Assembly (NCBI GenBank): GCA_947631645.1
Contig: CANRMD010000006.1
Span: forward strand, 1,080 to 65,079
Source of the DNA: Candidatus Gastranaerophilales bacterium
GTDB taxonomy: Bacteria > Cyanobacteriota > Vampirovibrionia > Gastranaerophilales > Gastranaerophilaceae
Length of the DNA: 64,000 nucleotides
Direction of reading: 5' to 3'
Both the position numbers and the translations under genes were made by a program. A model generated the notes under the pieces. That model ran no database searches. It was not told the origin of the DNA and saw only the letters and a program-made list of their open reading frames with translations. Shown here in pieces: positions 56,473 through 64,000 of the stretch (position 1 is the first letter of the stretch; every line of letters begins with the position of its first letter).

Positions 56473-56970
56473 ATGGATTTATTAATAGAATATCTTGCAA
56501 AAGGACTTATGGTAATGTTGATGATAGCAATGCCTTGTGTATTAACGGCGGCAGCTATCGGTCTTGTTGTCGGTATATTACAGGCAGTTACTCAGGTGCA
56601 AGAGCAGACGATAGCTGCCGCTCCTAAAATTTTTGCCGTATTTTTGGTTATAATTATTCTCGGAACGGGGTATATTAAATTATTAACCAATTATATCAAT
56701 GAGGGTGTGGTTTTAGCATTTGATGTTGTTCCTAAATCGGATGATTTTGTACTTCCGCCTGATTATTATAATTATACAAAACCGTTTATTGATGAAATGA
56801 AAACGGAAGTAAGAAAAGACATGACCCCAATGAACAGAATATTAAGTACAGCAACAAGGCCAAACGGGGTTAATGATTCCGAGAGATTTAACTTTATGAG
56901 GAACGGAGCAAGAGATATTCCTACTCCAAATCTTGCCGAAAGAAAACGAATAATGGAAAACAGAAGATAA
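56473..56970 (+). CDS. fliQ: Flagellar export apparatus protein FliQ with a 79-aa C-terminal extension
   Basis: The first ~86 aa are FliQ-like (two TM hairpin, LQAVTQVQEQTIAAAPKI). The following PKSDDFVLPPDYYNYTKP...ERKRIMENRR has no FliQ counterpart. Confidence 0.85.
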   Translation: MDLLIEYLAKGLMVMLMIAMPCVLTAAAIGLVVGILQAVTQVQEQTIAAAPKIFAVFLVIIILGTGYIKLLTNYINEGVVLAFDVVPKSDDFVLPPDYYNYTKPFIDEMKTEVRKDMTPMNRILSTATRPNGVNDSERFNFMRNGARDIPTPNLAERKRIMENRR

Positions 56971-57752
56971 TGATTGATGTTATTTTAAATGAATTTCCGA
57001 AAGTTTTTCCTGAAATCAATAATATGATTGCAGCAGGAGTTCCTATATTTGCCAGAACTGCGGGTTTGATGAGGGCTACACCGTTTTTAAACAGAACGGA
57101 AGTTCCGATGATTGCAAAAGTAGGCTTTTGTCTTTTATTTTCGGTAATGTTAACCATGATAATGAAGCCCGGGCCGATGCCGGCAAATGTTTCATTACCT
57201 ATTGTTATATTATTAAATTATTTGTGTGGTGCTTTAATCGGCTTTATTGTTAATTGTATTATCTCCGCTATTGAAAGCGGAGGCGATATGATAAATATGC
57301 AGCAAGGTGTATCATCCGCTACAATTATGGATCCTTCAACATCTTCTCAAGTTTCCATAATGGGAAGATTATTCAGCTTATTAGGATTGATTATTTTTCT
57401 TGAAATAGGCGGTGCTTATTGGACATTCAATGCTTTTATAAGAAGTTTTGAAATTTTTCCGATATATTCGGCATTAGTTCCGCTTGATGAAATAGTTAAT
57501 ATGCCTTATTTGGTAAAAATTACGTCTAATGTTCTTTATATAGGTTTACAAATAGCATCACCCGTATTATTGGCAACATTAGGTCAGGATATTATTCTCG
57601 GTATTATTTCTAAAACCGCTCCTCAAGTTAACGTATTTCAGATGAGTTTCTTATTTAAACCTTGTTTGGGGTCTGCAATTTTAATCGTTATTTTACCCTC
57701 TGTTTTTGATGTAATTAACGATTTCTATCTTTCTTTCTCTAACATTTTTTAA
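56970..57752 (+). CDS. fliR: Flagellar export apparatus protein FliR
   Basis: Polytopic 260 aa with FliR-like segments (FARTAGLMRATPF, GFIVNCIISAIESGGDMINMQQG). TAATG overlap with fliQ. Confidence 0.9.
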   Translation: MIDVILNEFPKVFPEINNMIAAGVPIFARTAGLMRATPFLNRTEVPMIAKVGFCLLFSVMLTMIMKPGPMPANVSLPIVILLNYLCGALIGFIVNCIISAIESGGDMINMQQGVSSATIMDPSTSSQVSIMGRLFSLLGLIIFLEIGGAYWTFNAFIRSFEIFPIYSALVPLDEIVNMPYLVKITSNVLYIGLQIASPVLLATLGQDIILGIISKTAPQVNVFQMSFLFKPCLGSAILIVILPSVFDVINDFYLSFSNIF

Positions 57753-57759
57753 GATTATT

Positions 57760-58002
57760 TTAATTAAAATAATCGCAAATAAGCTCTTTATGATTTGATT
57801 TAACTTTTTTTATTAACTTTGATAGGAAAGAGGGTTCTTTGTGCATTAATTTATCTCTTAATATGGCTTTTTCGATTAACAGCTTATTAAAAGATTCATT
57901 TAAAACCGGTTTATCATCCGATAAGTGCGGTTTGATTGTATTCAGTCTTAATTTGCACATTCTTATAGATTCTTTTATTTCTTCTTCTTTTGTTCTTTTC
58001 AT
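57760..58002 (-). CDS. Hypothetical small basic protein (80 aa)
   Basis: ORF only, with a weak RBS. No family recognised. Confidence 0.35.
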   Translation of the reverse strand: MKRTKEEEIKESIRMCKLRLNTIKPHLSDDKPVLNESFNKLLIEKAILRDKLMHKEPSFLSKLIKKVKSNHKELICDYFN

Positions 58003-58183
58003 AAGATAATTGTCCTAACTGTAATACGACCATTATTTCCTGACAAATTTATAATAATCAATTTTTTTATAAATTCATTCCTCTAAAAAGTTTAAAATGA
58101 TATTTCAAATGTAAACTTTTATTGTATTTTTTTTAAATAAAATTCATTTAAATAATGGTATACTGGTTAAAAAGGATTGTAAA

Positions 58184-59221
58184 TTGGACGAGAAAGAAAT
58201 CAGAAAAATTCTTATTATAAGATTAAGTGCATTGGGTGATACAATTCATACTCTGCCTTTAGCTTATGCATTAAAAAAGCAATATCCAAATACTTTAATT
58301 GATTGGATTGTTGAAGATAAAGCGTCTAAATTTATTATTAATAATCCTTTGATTAATAAAGTTTTTGTAATAAAACGTGAAAATAGATTTAATAATTATA
58401 TTTCAACTATAAAACAAATTAAAAAAGAGAAATATGATATTGTAATTGACACTCAACAATTGCTAAAGAGTGCTATTTTAATGGGTTTTTCGGGGTGTAA
58501 AAGAAAAATATCTTTAGATAAAGGCAGAGAGTTTTCAGGGATTTTTGCTAATGAAATTATAAAGACTGATAAAGAACAATTTGATATTAATTATCATGTT
58601 GTAAATAGGACTCTTGAAATTGCAAAATATCTTAACTGTAAAGATTTAGAGCCTCATTTTGTAATACCTGATTTTGAAGCTGAATATTCAAAAGAAATTG
58701 TTGAATTGTTTAGTAATTTAGATAAAAATAAAAAAACAATAATAATATCACCCGCTACAACTTGGGATAATAAGCATTGGACTGTAACGGGGTGGGCGGA
58801 AGTTATAAAAGAATTTCAGGATAAATGTAATATAATAATTACCGCATCCGAAAAAGAAAAAAAATTAACTGAAAAAATAACAGCTCAAACAGAAAACTCA
58901 AATATTATTGATTTAACGGGGAAAACTTCGCTAAGTGATTTAGTGTATGTATTTAGAAATTCTGACATTATAATAAGCCCTGATTCAGGGAGTGCCCATG
59001 TTGCTTGGGCAAGCGGAGCTAAAAATATTATTACCCTTTTCTTTGCAACATCTGCAAACAGAACCGCACCTTTGGGAAAAAATTATTATTCAATTTCATC
59101 AAAAGTATCTTGTTCACCTTGTATGAAAAAACATTGCCGTTTAAAAACTAACGTTAACGGTTGCAATCAGGAAATAAAATCTGAAGAAATAATAAATATT
59201 GTAAAAAAAATTATACAATAA
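58184..59221 (+). CDS. Glycosyltransferase family 9 (LPS heptosyltransferase-like)
   Basis: ILIIRLSALGDTIHTLP N-terminus and C-terminal PDSGSAHVAWA motif. TTG start with an AAAGGA RBS. Confidence 0.85.
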   Translation: MDEKEIRKILIIRLSALGDTIHTLPLAYALKKQYPNTLIDWIVEDKASKFIINNPLINKVFVIKRENRFNNYISTIKQIKKEKYDIVIDTQQLLKSAILMGFSGCKRKISLDKGREFSGIFANEIIKTDKEQFDINYHVVNRTLEIAKYLNCKDLEPHFVIPDFEAEYSKEIVELFSNLDKNKKTIIISPATTWDNKHWTVTGWAEVIKEFQDKCNIIITASEKEKKLTEKITAQTENSNIIDLTGKTSLSDLVYVFRNSDIIISPDSGSAHVAWASGAKNIITLFFATSANRTAPLGKNYYSISSKVSCSPCMKKHCRLKTNVNGCNQEIKSEEIINIVKKIIQ

Positions 59222-59278
59222 TAAAAATTGGGTATATAATAAGTAATACACAATAACTTAATTGTACGGAAAAAAAGC

Positions 59279-61189
59279 GTGGGTATATTTTCGGGAATAA
59301 AAGATTTGCTGGGGCAAATCAACAGAATTGATGGGGCTGTTTATACTTCGGGCCGAGATTTTGCTGATGTATATGCGAGAAATATTGCTTTGGAAGAAGA
59401 AATTGCAGTCCGTACTAAAGAATTAGAACAAGCTAATCAAACAATTTTAACACTAAACAGTGTTTGGGATATGATGAATTCTTCTCAGCCTTTATCCAGT
59501 CTGCTTGATAAAATTGTAAGCATCTTACATGACGATATGAGTTATGTTTACACAGCTATTTTAAAACTAAATCAAGAAGAAAACGGCAGTGAATATTTTT
59601 CAATTATGTCATCTTCGGAAGATAAATTAGTCAACAGTATTTTTTCTATAATTAATGAAACGGCTCAAACATATAAGATACCTTATGTAACAAATTCAAT
59701 AATCGAAAAATCACTTCATGAAGGGCAAATATGTTCTACACCTGATATGAAAGGTGTTTTAAATATGTTTTTCCCCGCTTTGAATGATGAGCAGCTGAAA
59801 GACTTTGTCTCTCAAATGATTACAAAAAGTGCGATTTTTGTACCTTTAAAAAGAGATAAAACTAACTACGGCTGTGTTGTTATAACATCAACCAGAGAAA
59901 TTACAAGTGATACGGAATTAAACTTTTTATCATTATTTGCAAACCAAATAGAACTGGCAATAACTGTAGCTGGGTTATTTGAAGAGGTAAAAAATCAGGC
60001 AATAACAGACCCGCTGACGGGAATATATAACCGCAGATATTTTGAAGAAAATATTGTAAAAGAAGCGGAAAGAGCATTAAGATTAAAACAGCCGTTCTCA
60101 TTAATTTCTATGGACTTAGATTATTTAAAAAGAATTAATGATACATACGGACACCAATTTGGTGATTTGGCGATAAAAACAATCTCAAATATATTGAAAA
60201 AAGAAGCCCGTTCGATTGATATACCCGCAAGAATAGGCGGTGAAGAATTTAATCTGCTTTTGCCGGGTGTTGATTCAAACGGAGCATATATTGCAGCTGA
60301 AAGAATTAGAAAATCAATTGAAAGCCAAGTTCTTGATACAATAGGAACTATAACGGCAAGTATAGGTGTTGCTACCTTTTTGGAACATTCGGATAGAATT
60401 GATGAATTGACTGAACTTGCAGACCAAGCTATGTATAAAGCTAAATTAAACGGGCGTAATCAAGTTCAACTTGCAGTAGGTCATGAAAGTGTTAACTGGC
60501 AAAAGCTTGCAGTCGAAGCTTTTACTGATATTTTAAATCAGAAAAGAATTCCCGTTGATGAAAAAATTGCTAAAGAAATAATAGGTAAACTTCATCATAT
60601 TAAAGTAGAAGAACAATCATCAAAAGATATTTTATATTCAATAGTTGATATGATTTCCCAAACATATAATCAGGCATATAAAACTGGTACAACAAAATCA
60701 AAATTATTTTTAGCCGTTATGCTTGCTCAAAGACTTGAAATGTCTAAAGAAGATATAGACAAGTTAAAATTGGCAATATTGTTGTATGATATCGGAAATG
60801 TAATGATACCCGAGGAAATATATAATAAAAAAGGTCCTTTAAATGACCACGAAAAAGAAATAATGAGGCAGCATCCTATTATAGCTGCAAGAGAAATTCT
60901 TCAACCAATAACAGATATTCAAGACATTATACCTATAATAGAAGCACATCACGAAAACTGGGACGGAAAAGGATATCCTAATCAAAAAGCGGGAGTAGAA
61001 ATTCCTATAATGTCGCAAATAGTTTTGCTTGTTGATGCCTTTTATGCAATGACACAGGATAGACCATACAGAAACGCTTATACCCTTGATGAAGCCTTGA
61101 AAAATATTAAAGAAGATTCGGGCAAAAAATGGAATGAAAAACTTGTTGATGAATTTATATATATCGTTAAAAACGGTATGATGAGATAG
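59279..61189 (+). CDS. GAF-like sensor - GGDEF - HD-GYP c-di-GMP turnover protein
   Basis: DPLTGIYNRRYF and the GGEEF active site, then HD...HHENWDGKGYP (HD-GYP). GTG start. Confidence 0.88.
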   Translation: MGIFSGIKDLLGQINRIDGAVYTSGRDFADVYARNIALEEEIAVRTKELEQANQTILTLNSVWDMMNSSQPLSSLLDKIVSILHDDMSYVYTAILKLNQEENGSEYFSIMSSSEDKLVNSIFSIINETAQTYKIPYVTNSIIEKSLHEGQICSTPDMKGVLNMFFPALNDEQLKDFVSQMITKSAIFVPLKRDKTNYGCVVITSTREITSDTELNFLSLFANQIELAITVAGLFEEVKNQAITDPLTGIYNRRYFEENIVKEAERALRLKQPFSLISMDLDYLKRINDTYGHQFGDLAIKTISNILKKEARSIDIPARIGGEEFNLLLPGVDSNGAYIAAERIRKSIESQVLDTIGTITASIGVATFLEHSDRIDELTELADQAMYKAKLNGRNQVQLAVGHESVNWQKLAVEAFTDILNQKRIPVDEKIAKEIIGKLHHIKVEEQSSKDILYSIVDMISQTYNQAYKTGTTKSKLFLAVMLAQRLEMSKEDIDKLKLAILLYDIGNVMIPEEIYNKKGPLNDHEKEIMRQHPIIAAREILQPITDIQDIIPIIEAHHENWDGKGYPNQKAGVEIPIMSQIVLLVDAFYAMTQDRPYRNAYTLDEALKNIKEDSGKKWNEKLVDEFIYIVKNGMMR

Positions 61190-61447
61190 TTATTCTTCGA
61201 TTGTGAAAACTTGTTGTCCTGCTTCTTCTTTCATTGCTGTTTCAAGCAGAATATAAGTCATATAAGCCCCCAGAGCAACTGCTTTTGGGTCTAAATCGGT
61301 ATTTTGAGCAGCTTCTATTATGGCTGAATTGATTTCAGGGTTTTCTTCTTTTATATAGTGTATCATTTTCTTTCGCCAAGAATGTACATCTTGAAATATC
61401 TCGGCAAAACATAAAGTTGATTGTTCTTGATTTACTATCGGAAGCAT
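61190..61447 (-). CDS. Hypothetical small acidic protein (85 aa)
   Basis: ORF only. Its stop abuts the stop of the convergent GGDEF gene. No family recognised. Confidence 0.4.
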   Translation of the reverse strand: MLPIVNQEQSTLCFAEIFQDVHSWRKKMIHYIKEENPEINSAIIEAAQNTDLDPKAVALGAYMTYILLETAMKEEAGQQVFTIEE

Positions 61448-61529
61448 TTTTATTCTTCTTTCTTATGTTATTAGAATATCATTGTTTAAATTATATATCA
61501 AGTGGAGTTTACTCAAAATGTGTAATTTC

Positions 61530-61558
61530 TTGACTTGGTTGTTTTTCAAAGCTAAAAT
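61530..61558 (+). promoter_or_regulatory. Consensus-like sigma-70 promoter for accB-accC
   Basis: TTGACT (61530-61535), a 17-nt spacer, and TAAAAT (61553-61558), 31 nt upstream of the accB ATG. Confidence 0.5.
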
Positions 61559-61588
61559 AATTAGAGTCTTAATTTATAAAGGGATTGT

Positions 61589-62047
61589 ATGAAAGAATTT
61601 GAAACCGATTATATTGAAAAATTAATAAATATAATGCAAGATAATGAACTTACCGAAGTTACATTAGAAGATAAAAATAAATCTTTGGTAATAAAAAGCA
61701 GCGGATATAAACCTGTTATAAAGAATAAAGAAACTCAAAAGGAAGAAGTTATAGAACCTGTTGCAGAAGCTGTTGAAGAAACAAAACCGATTGAAGAAAA
61801 GACAAATCTTGTTCCGATAGTTTCGAATATGATAGGTTTATTTTATTCAAAACCGTCTCCGACTGAAGAAGCTTTTGTAAAAGTAGGAGATAGAGTAAAA
61901 GAAGGTCAGGTAATTTGTATTATTGAAACAATAAAATTAATGAATAAAATTACCGCGGAATTTTCTGGCAAAGTAGCCGAGATTTGTATAGAAGACGGAA
62001 AACCCGTTGAATACGGTCAAGTAATGATGTATATAGAAAAAGATTAA
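61589..62047 (+). CDS. accB: Biotin carboxyl carrier protein paralog with non-canonical ETIKLM motif
   Basis: Biotinyl-domain collinear with 40874-41332, but IIETIKLMNKITAE replaces EAMKLM. Sits immediately upstream of accC. Confidence 0.85.
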   Translation: MKEFETDYIEKLINIMQDNELTEVTLEDKNKSLVIKSSGYKPVIKNKETQKEEVIEPVAEAVEETKPIEEKTNLVPIVSNMIGLFYSKPSPTEEAFVKVGDRVKEGQVICIIETIKLMNKITAEFSGKVAEICIEDGKPVEYGQVMMYIEKD

Positions 62048-62059
62048 TGGTAACGGAAT

Positions 62060-63412
62060 ATGTTTAAAAAAGTATTAATAGCAAACAGAGGCGAGGTAGC
62101 AGTAAGGATAATAAGAGCTTGCAGAGAAATAGGGATACCGACGGTTGCTGTTTATTCTCAAGCTGATGCAAATTCTTTGCACGTTAGTTTGGCTACGGAA
62201 GCTTATTGTATAGGACCTAATGAGAGTTCAAAGAGCTATTTAAATATACCCGCGATAATATCAGCCGCATTAGTATCGGGTGCAGATGCAATCCATCCCG
62301 GATACGGATTTATGTCAGAGCGTGCAGATTTTGCGGAAATTTGTGCTGAGCATAATATTAAATTTATAGGTCCGTCGCCCGAATCTATGCAGTTGATGGG
62401 TGATAAAGCTACTGCAAGAAAAACAATGGCTTCAAAAAATGTACCAATCACACCCGGAACAGGTATCATAACTGATATAGAAGAAGCAAAAACTCAAGCT
62501 AAAAAATTCGGATACCCTGTTATTGTTAAAGCAACGGCAGGCGGCGGCGGTAAAGGTATGAGAGTTGCCAATAACGATGCAGAGCTTGAACAAAATATTA
62601 CCCTTTGCCGTCAGGAAGCTGAAAAGTTCTTCGGCAACCCTGATGTTTATATGGAAAAATATCTTGTAAACCCTAGACACATTGAGGTTCAAATTATAGC
62701 AGATAAATTCGGAAATGTTGTCCACTTGGGAGAAAGAGATTGCTCAATCCAAAGAAGACACCAAAAACTTGTGGAAGAAGCACCATCACCCGCAGTAAGT
62801 GAAGAAATAAGAAAAAAATTAGGCGATGCTGCAGTTCGTGCCGCTAAAGCTGCTAATTATGAAGGTGTCGGTACTATTGAATTTCTGCTTGATAAAGATA
62901 AAAATTTCTACTTTATGGAAATGAATACAAGACTTCAGGTTGAACACGGTATTTCCGAAATGATTTCTAACGTTGATATAGTTAGAGAACAGATTAATAT
63001 AGCAGCAGGAAACCCGCTTTCCTTTAAGCAAGAGGATATTAAATTATACGGGCATGCGATAGAATGCAGAATTAACGCAGAAGATCCCGAAAGAAACTTC
63101 CTTCCCGCACCGGGTGAAATCAACGGTTATATAACTCCTGGCGGTTTTGGAGTCAGAGTTGATTCTCACGTATATTCAGGCTATAAAATTCCGCCTTATT
63201 ATGATTCTTTAATAAGTAAAGTTATGTGCTGGGCTCCTACACGTGAAGAAGCAAGACGCAGAATGTACCGTGCTCTTAAAGAATATGTTATTACGGGAGT
63301 TAAAACCACACTCCCTTTTTATCAGGAACTTATTGAAGATGAAGTATTTATAAGCGGTAATTTTGATACGGGTTTTATGAATACATACAAGCAAAATAAA
63401 GAAAATGAATGA
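62060..63412 (+). CDS. accC: Acetyl-CoA carboxylase biotin carboxylase subunit
   Basis: KVLIANRGEVAVRIIRACRE, GGGGKGMRV and EMNTRLQVEH motifs. Confidence 0.97.
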   Translation: MFKKVLIANRGEVAVRIIRACREIGIPTVAVYSQADANSLHVSLATEAYCIGPNESSKSYLNIPAIISAALVSGADAIHPGYGFMSERADFAEICAEHNIKFIGPSPESMQLMGDKATARKTMASKNVPITPGTGIITDIEEAKTQAKKFGYPVIVKATAGGGGKGMRVANNDAELEQNITLCRQEAEKFFGNPDVYMEKYLVNPRHIEVQIIADKFGNVVHLGERDCSIQRRHQKLVEEAPSPAVSEEIRKKLGDAAVRAAKAANYEGVGTIEFLLDKDKNFYFMEMNTRLQVEHGISEMISNVDIVREQINIAAGNPLSFKQEDIKLYGHAIECRINAEDPERNFLPAPGEINGYITPGGFGVRVDSHVYSGYKIPPYYDSLISKVMCWAPTREEARRRMYRALKEYVITGVKTTLPFYQELIEDEVFISGNFDTGFMNTYKQNKENE

Positions 63413-64000
63413 TAAACCGAAAAAAGAAATATTAAATTATATCAATGTCTTTAGAGGACTTGCAATTCTTTTAATTCTTGCGGGGCATACCTTGCAAATA
63501 GGTGCTAAAGGCAGCTGGGTAAATAATATTTCTTATGAAATTTGGGCGGGCGGTACCGCTCTGTTTATTTTTATATCAGGGTTTTTGTTTCAGCATTTAT
63601 CTTATAAATTTGAATATAAAAACTATATGCAAAAAAAGTGGACAAATGTAATTATTCCTTATATTTTAACTGCAATTCCTGGGATAATATTATGTTTTTG
63701 GATACCAAAAATCTATCTTAATCCCTTTGAGGGTTTAAATCCTATTTTACAAATAGGAGTTTTTCTCACTACAGGCCGAGTTCACAATGTTCCCGTTTGG
63801 TTTATACCAATGATTATTATATTTTTTATTATAAGTTTTTTACTTCTTTATTTGGAAAAAAAGAATATTTTATATAAACTTTTGCCCGTATTATTTTTGA
63901 TTACATTTGTCATTCCAAGGTCTGACATAGAACCTGAGTGGGTTATGAATATGGACTATTATCATAAATATTTGGCTTATTTGGGTTACGTGCTTAACGG
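63405..64000 (+). CDS. Acyltransferase-3 family membrane protein, 3' end truncated by the window edge
   Basis: This ORF is not in the ORF track because it has no stop before the window end. ATG 63405 overlaps the accC stop (ATGAATGA). MNDKPKKEILNYINVFRGLAILLILAGHT..., followed by multiple TM helices, is typical of OafA-type acyltransferases. Confidence 0.7.
   Translation, partial: MNDKPKKEILNYINVFRGLAILLILAGHTLQIGAKGSWVNNISYEIWAGGTALFIFISGFLFQHLSYKFEYKNYMQKKWTNVIIPYILTAIPGIILCFWIPKIYLNPFEGLNPILQIGVFLTTGRVHNVPVWFIPMIIIFFIISFLLLYLEKKNILYKLLPVLFLITFVIPRSDIEPEWVMNMDYYHKYLAYLGYVLN

Noticed and set aside
1-64000. Prophage, transposon, integron or genomic-island boundaries, and tRNA/rRNA genes
   Set aside because: No integrase, transposase, recombinase, phage structural genes, tRNA-like cloverleaf sequences or rRNA-like conserved blocks were seen. 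The GC-rich patches are all accounted for by the E elements and the homopolymer tract.

Overview
This is a visibly AT-rich (by eye about 30% GC, not computed), densely packed chromosomal segment. I support about 58 protein-coding genes on both strands. I found no rRNA, tRNA, CRISPR array, transposase, integrase or phage gene.

Gene content is mostly housekeeping:
- Central metabolism: metK, rpsO, pckA, aroA, leuC, tsaD, trkAH, the rsmA-ispE-murQ operon, ogt, efp-accB, pepA and accB-accC.
- Envelope and motility genes of a diderm, flagellated bacterium: a fliM/N-like gene followed by fliO, fliP, fliQ and fliR, a GT9 heptosyltransferase, a Pmp-repeat autotransporter, an SLT transglycosylase and an MpaA-like amidase.
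- c-di-GMP and two-component signalling genes.
- Three radical SAM enzymes.

I cannot assign a taxon from the sequence alone.

The signals most worth follow-up are:
1. A C9/G4 homopolymer tract separates a strong RBS+ATG and signal peptide from the 1269-aa autotransporter ORF. This looks like a slipped-strand phase-variation switch.
2. A family of GC-rich, hairpin-forming intergenic elements occurs at four loci (23.8, 24.0, 29.2-29.6 and 48.0-48.3 kb). Copies at two unlinked loci share an identical asymmetric internal loop (CUGUUUGA / GAGUU) flanked by helices that differ in sequence but keep pairing. These could be a structured RNA or a REP/MITE-like element family.
3. A tightly packed three-gene membrane module downstream of trkAH encodes a vWA protein, an FHA-like polytopic protein and a zinc-ribbon/TonB-C-like protein.
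4. Two paralogous radical SAM proteins carry a shared N-terminal C-x16-CCH...CxxC domain.
5. A convergent pair of giant genes encodes an 829-aa acidic repeat/coiled-coil protein and an 893-aa protein whose C-terminus resembles a DUF4258/BECR-type toxin domain.
6. A FliM-FliN fusion has an internal SD+ATG, and FliQ carries a 79-aa C-terminal extension.

All functional calls rest on motif recognition in the supplied translations. No database search was run.
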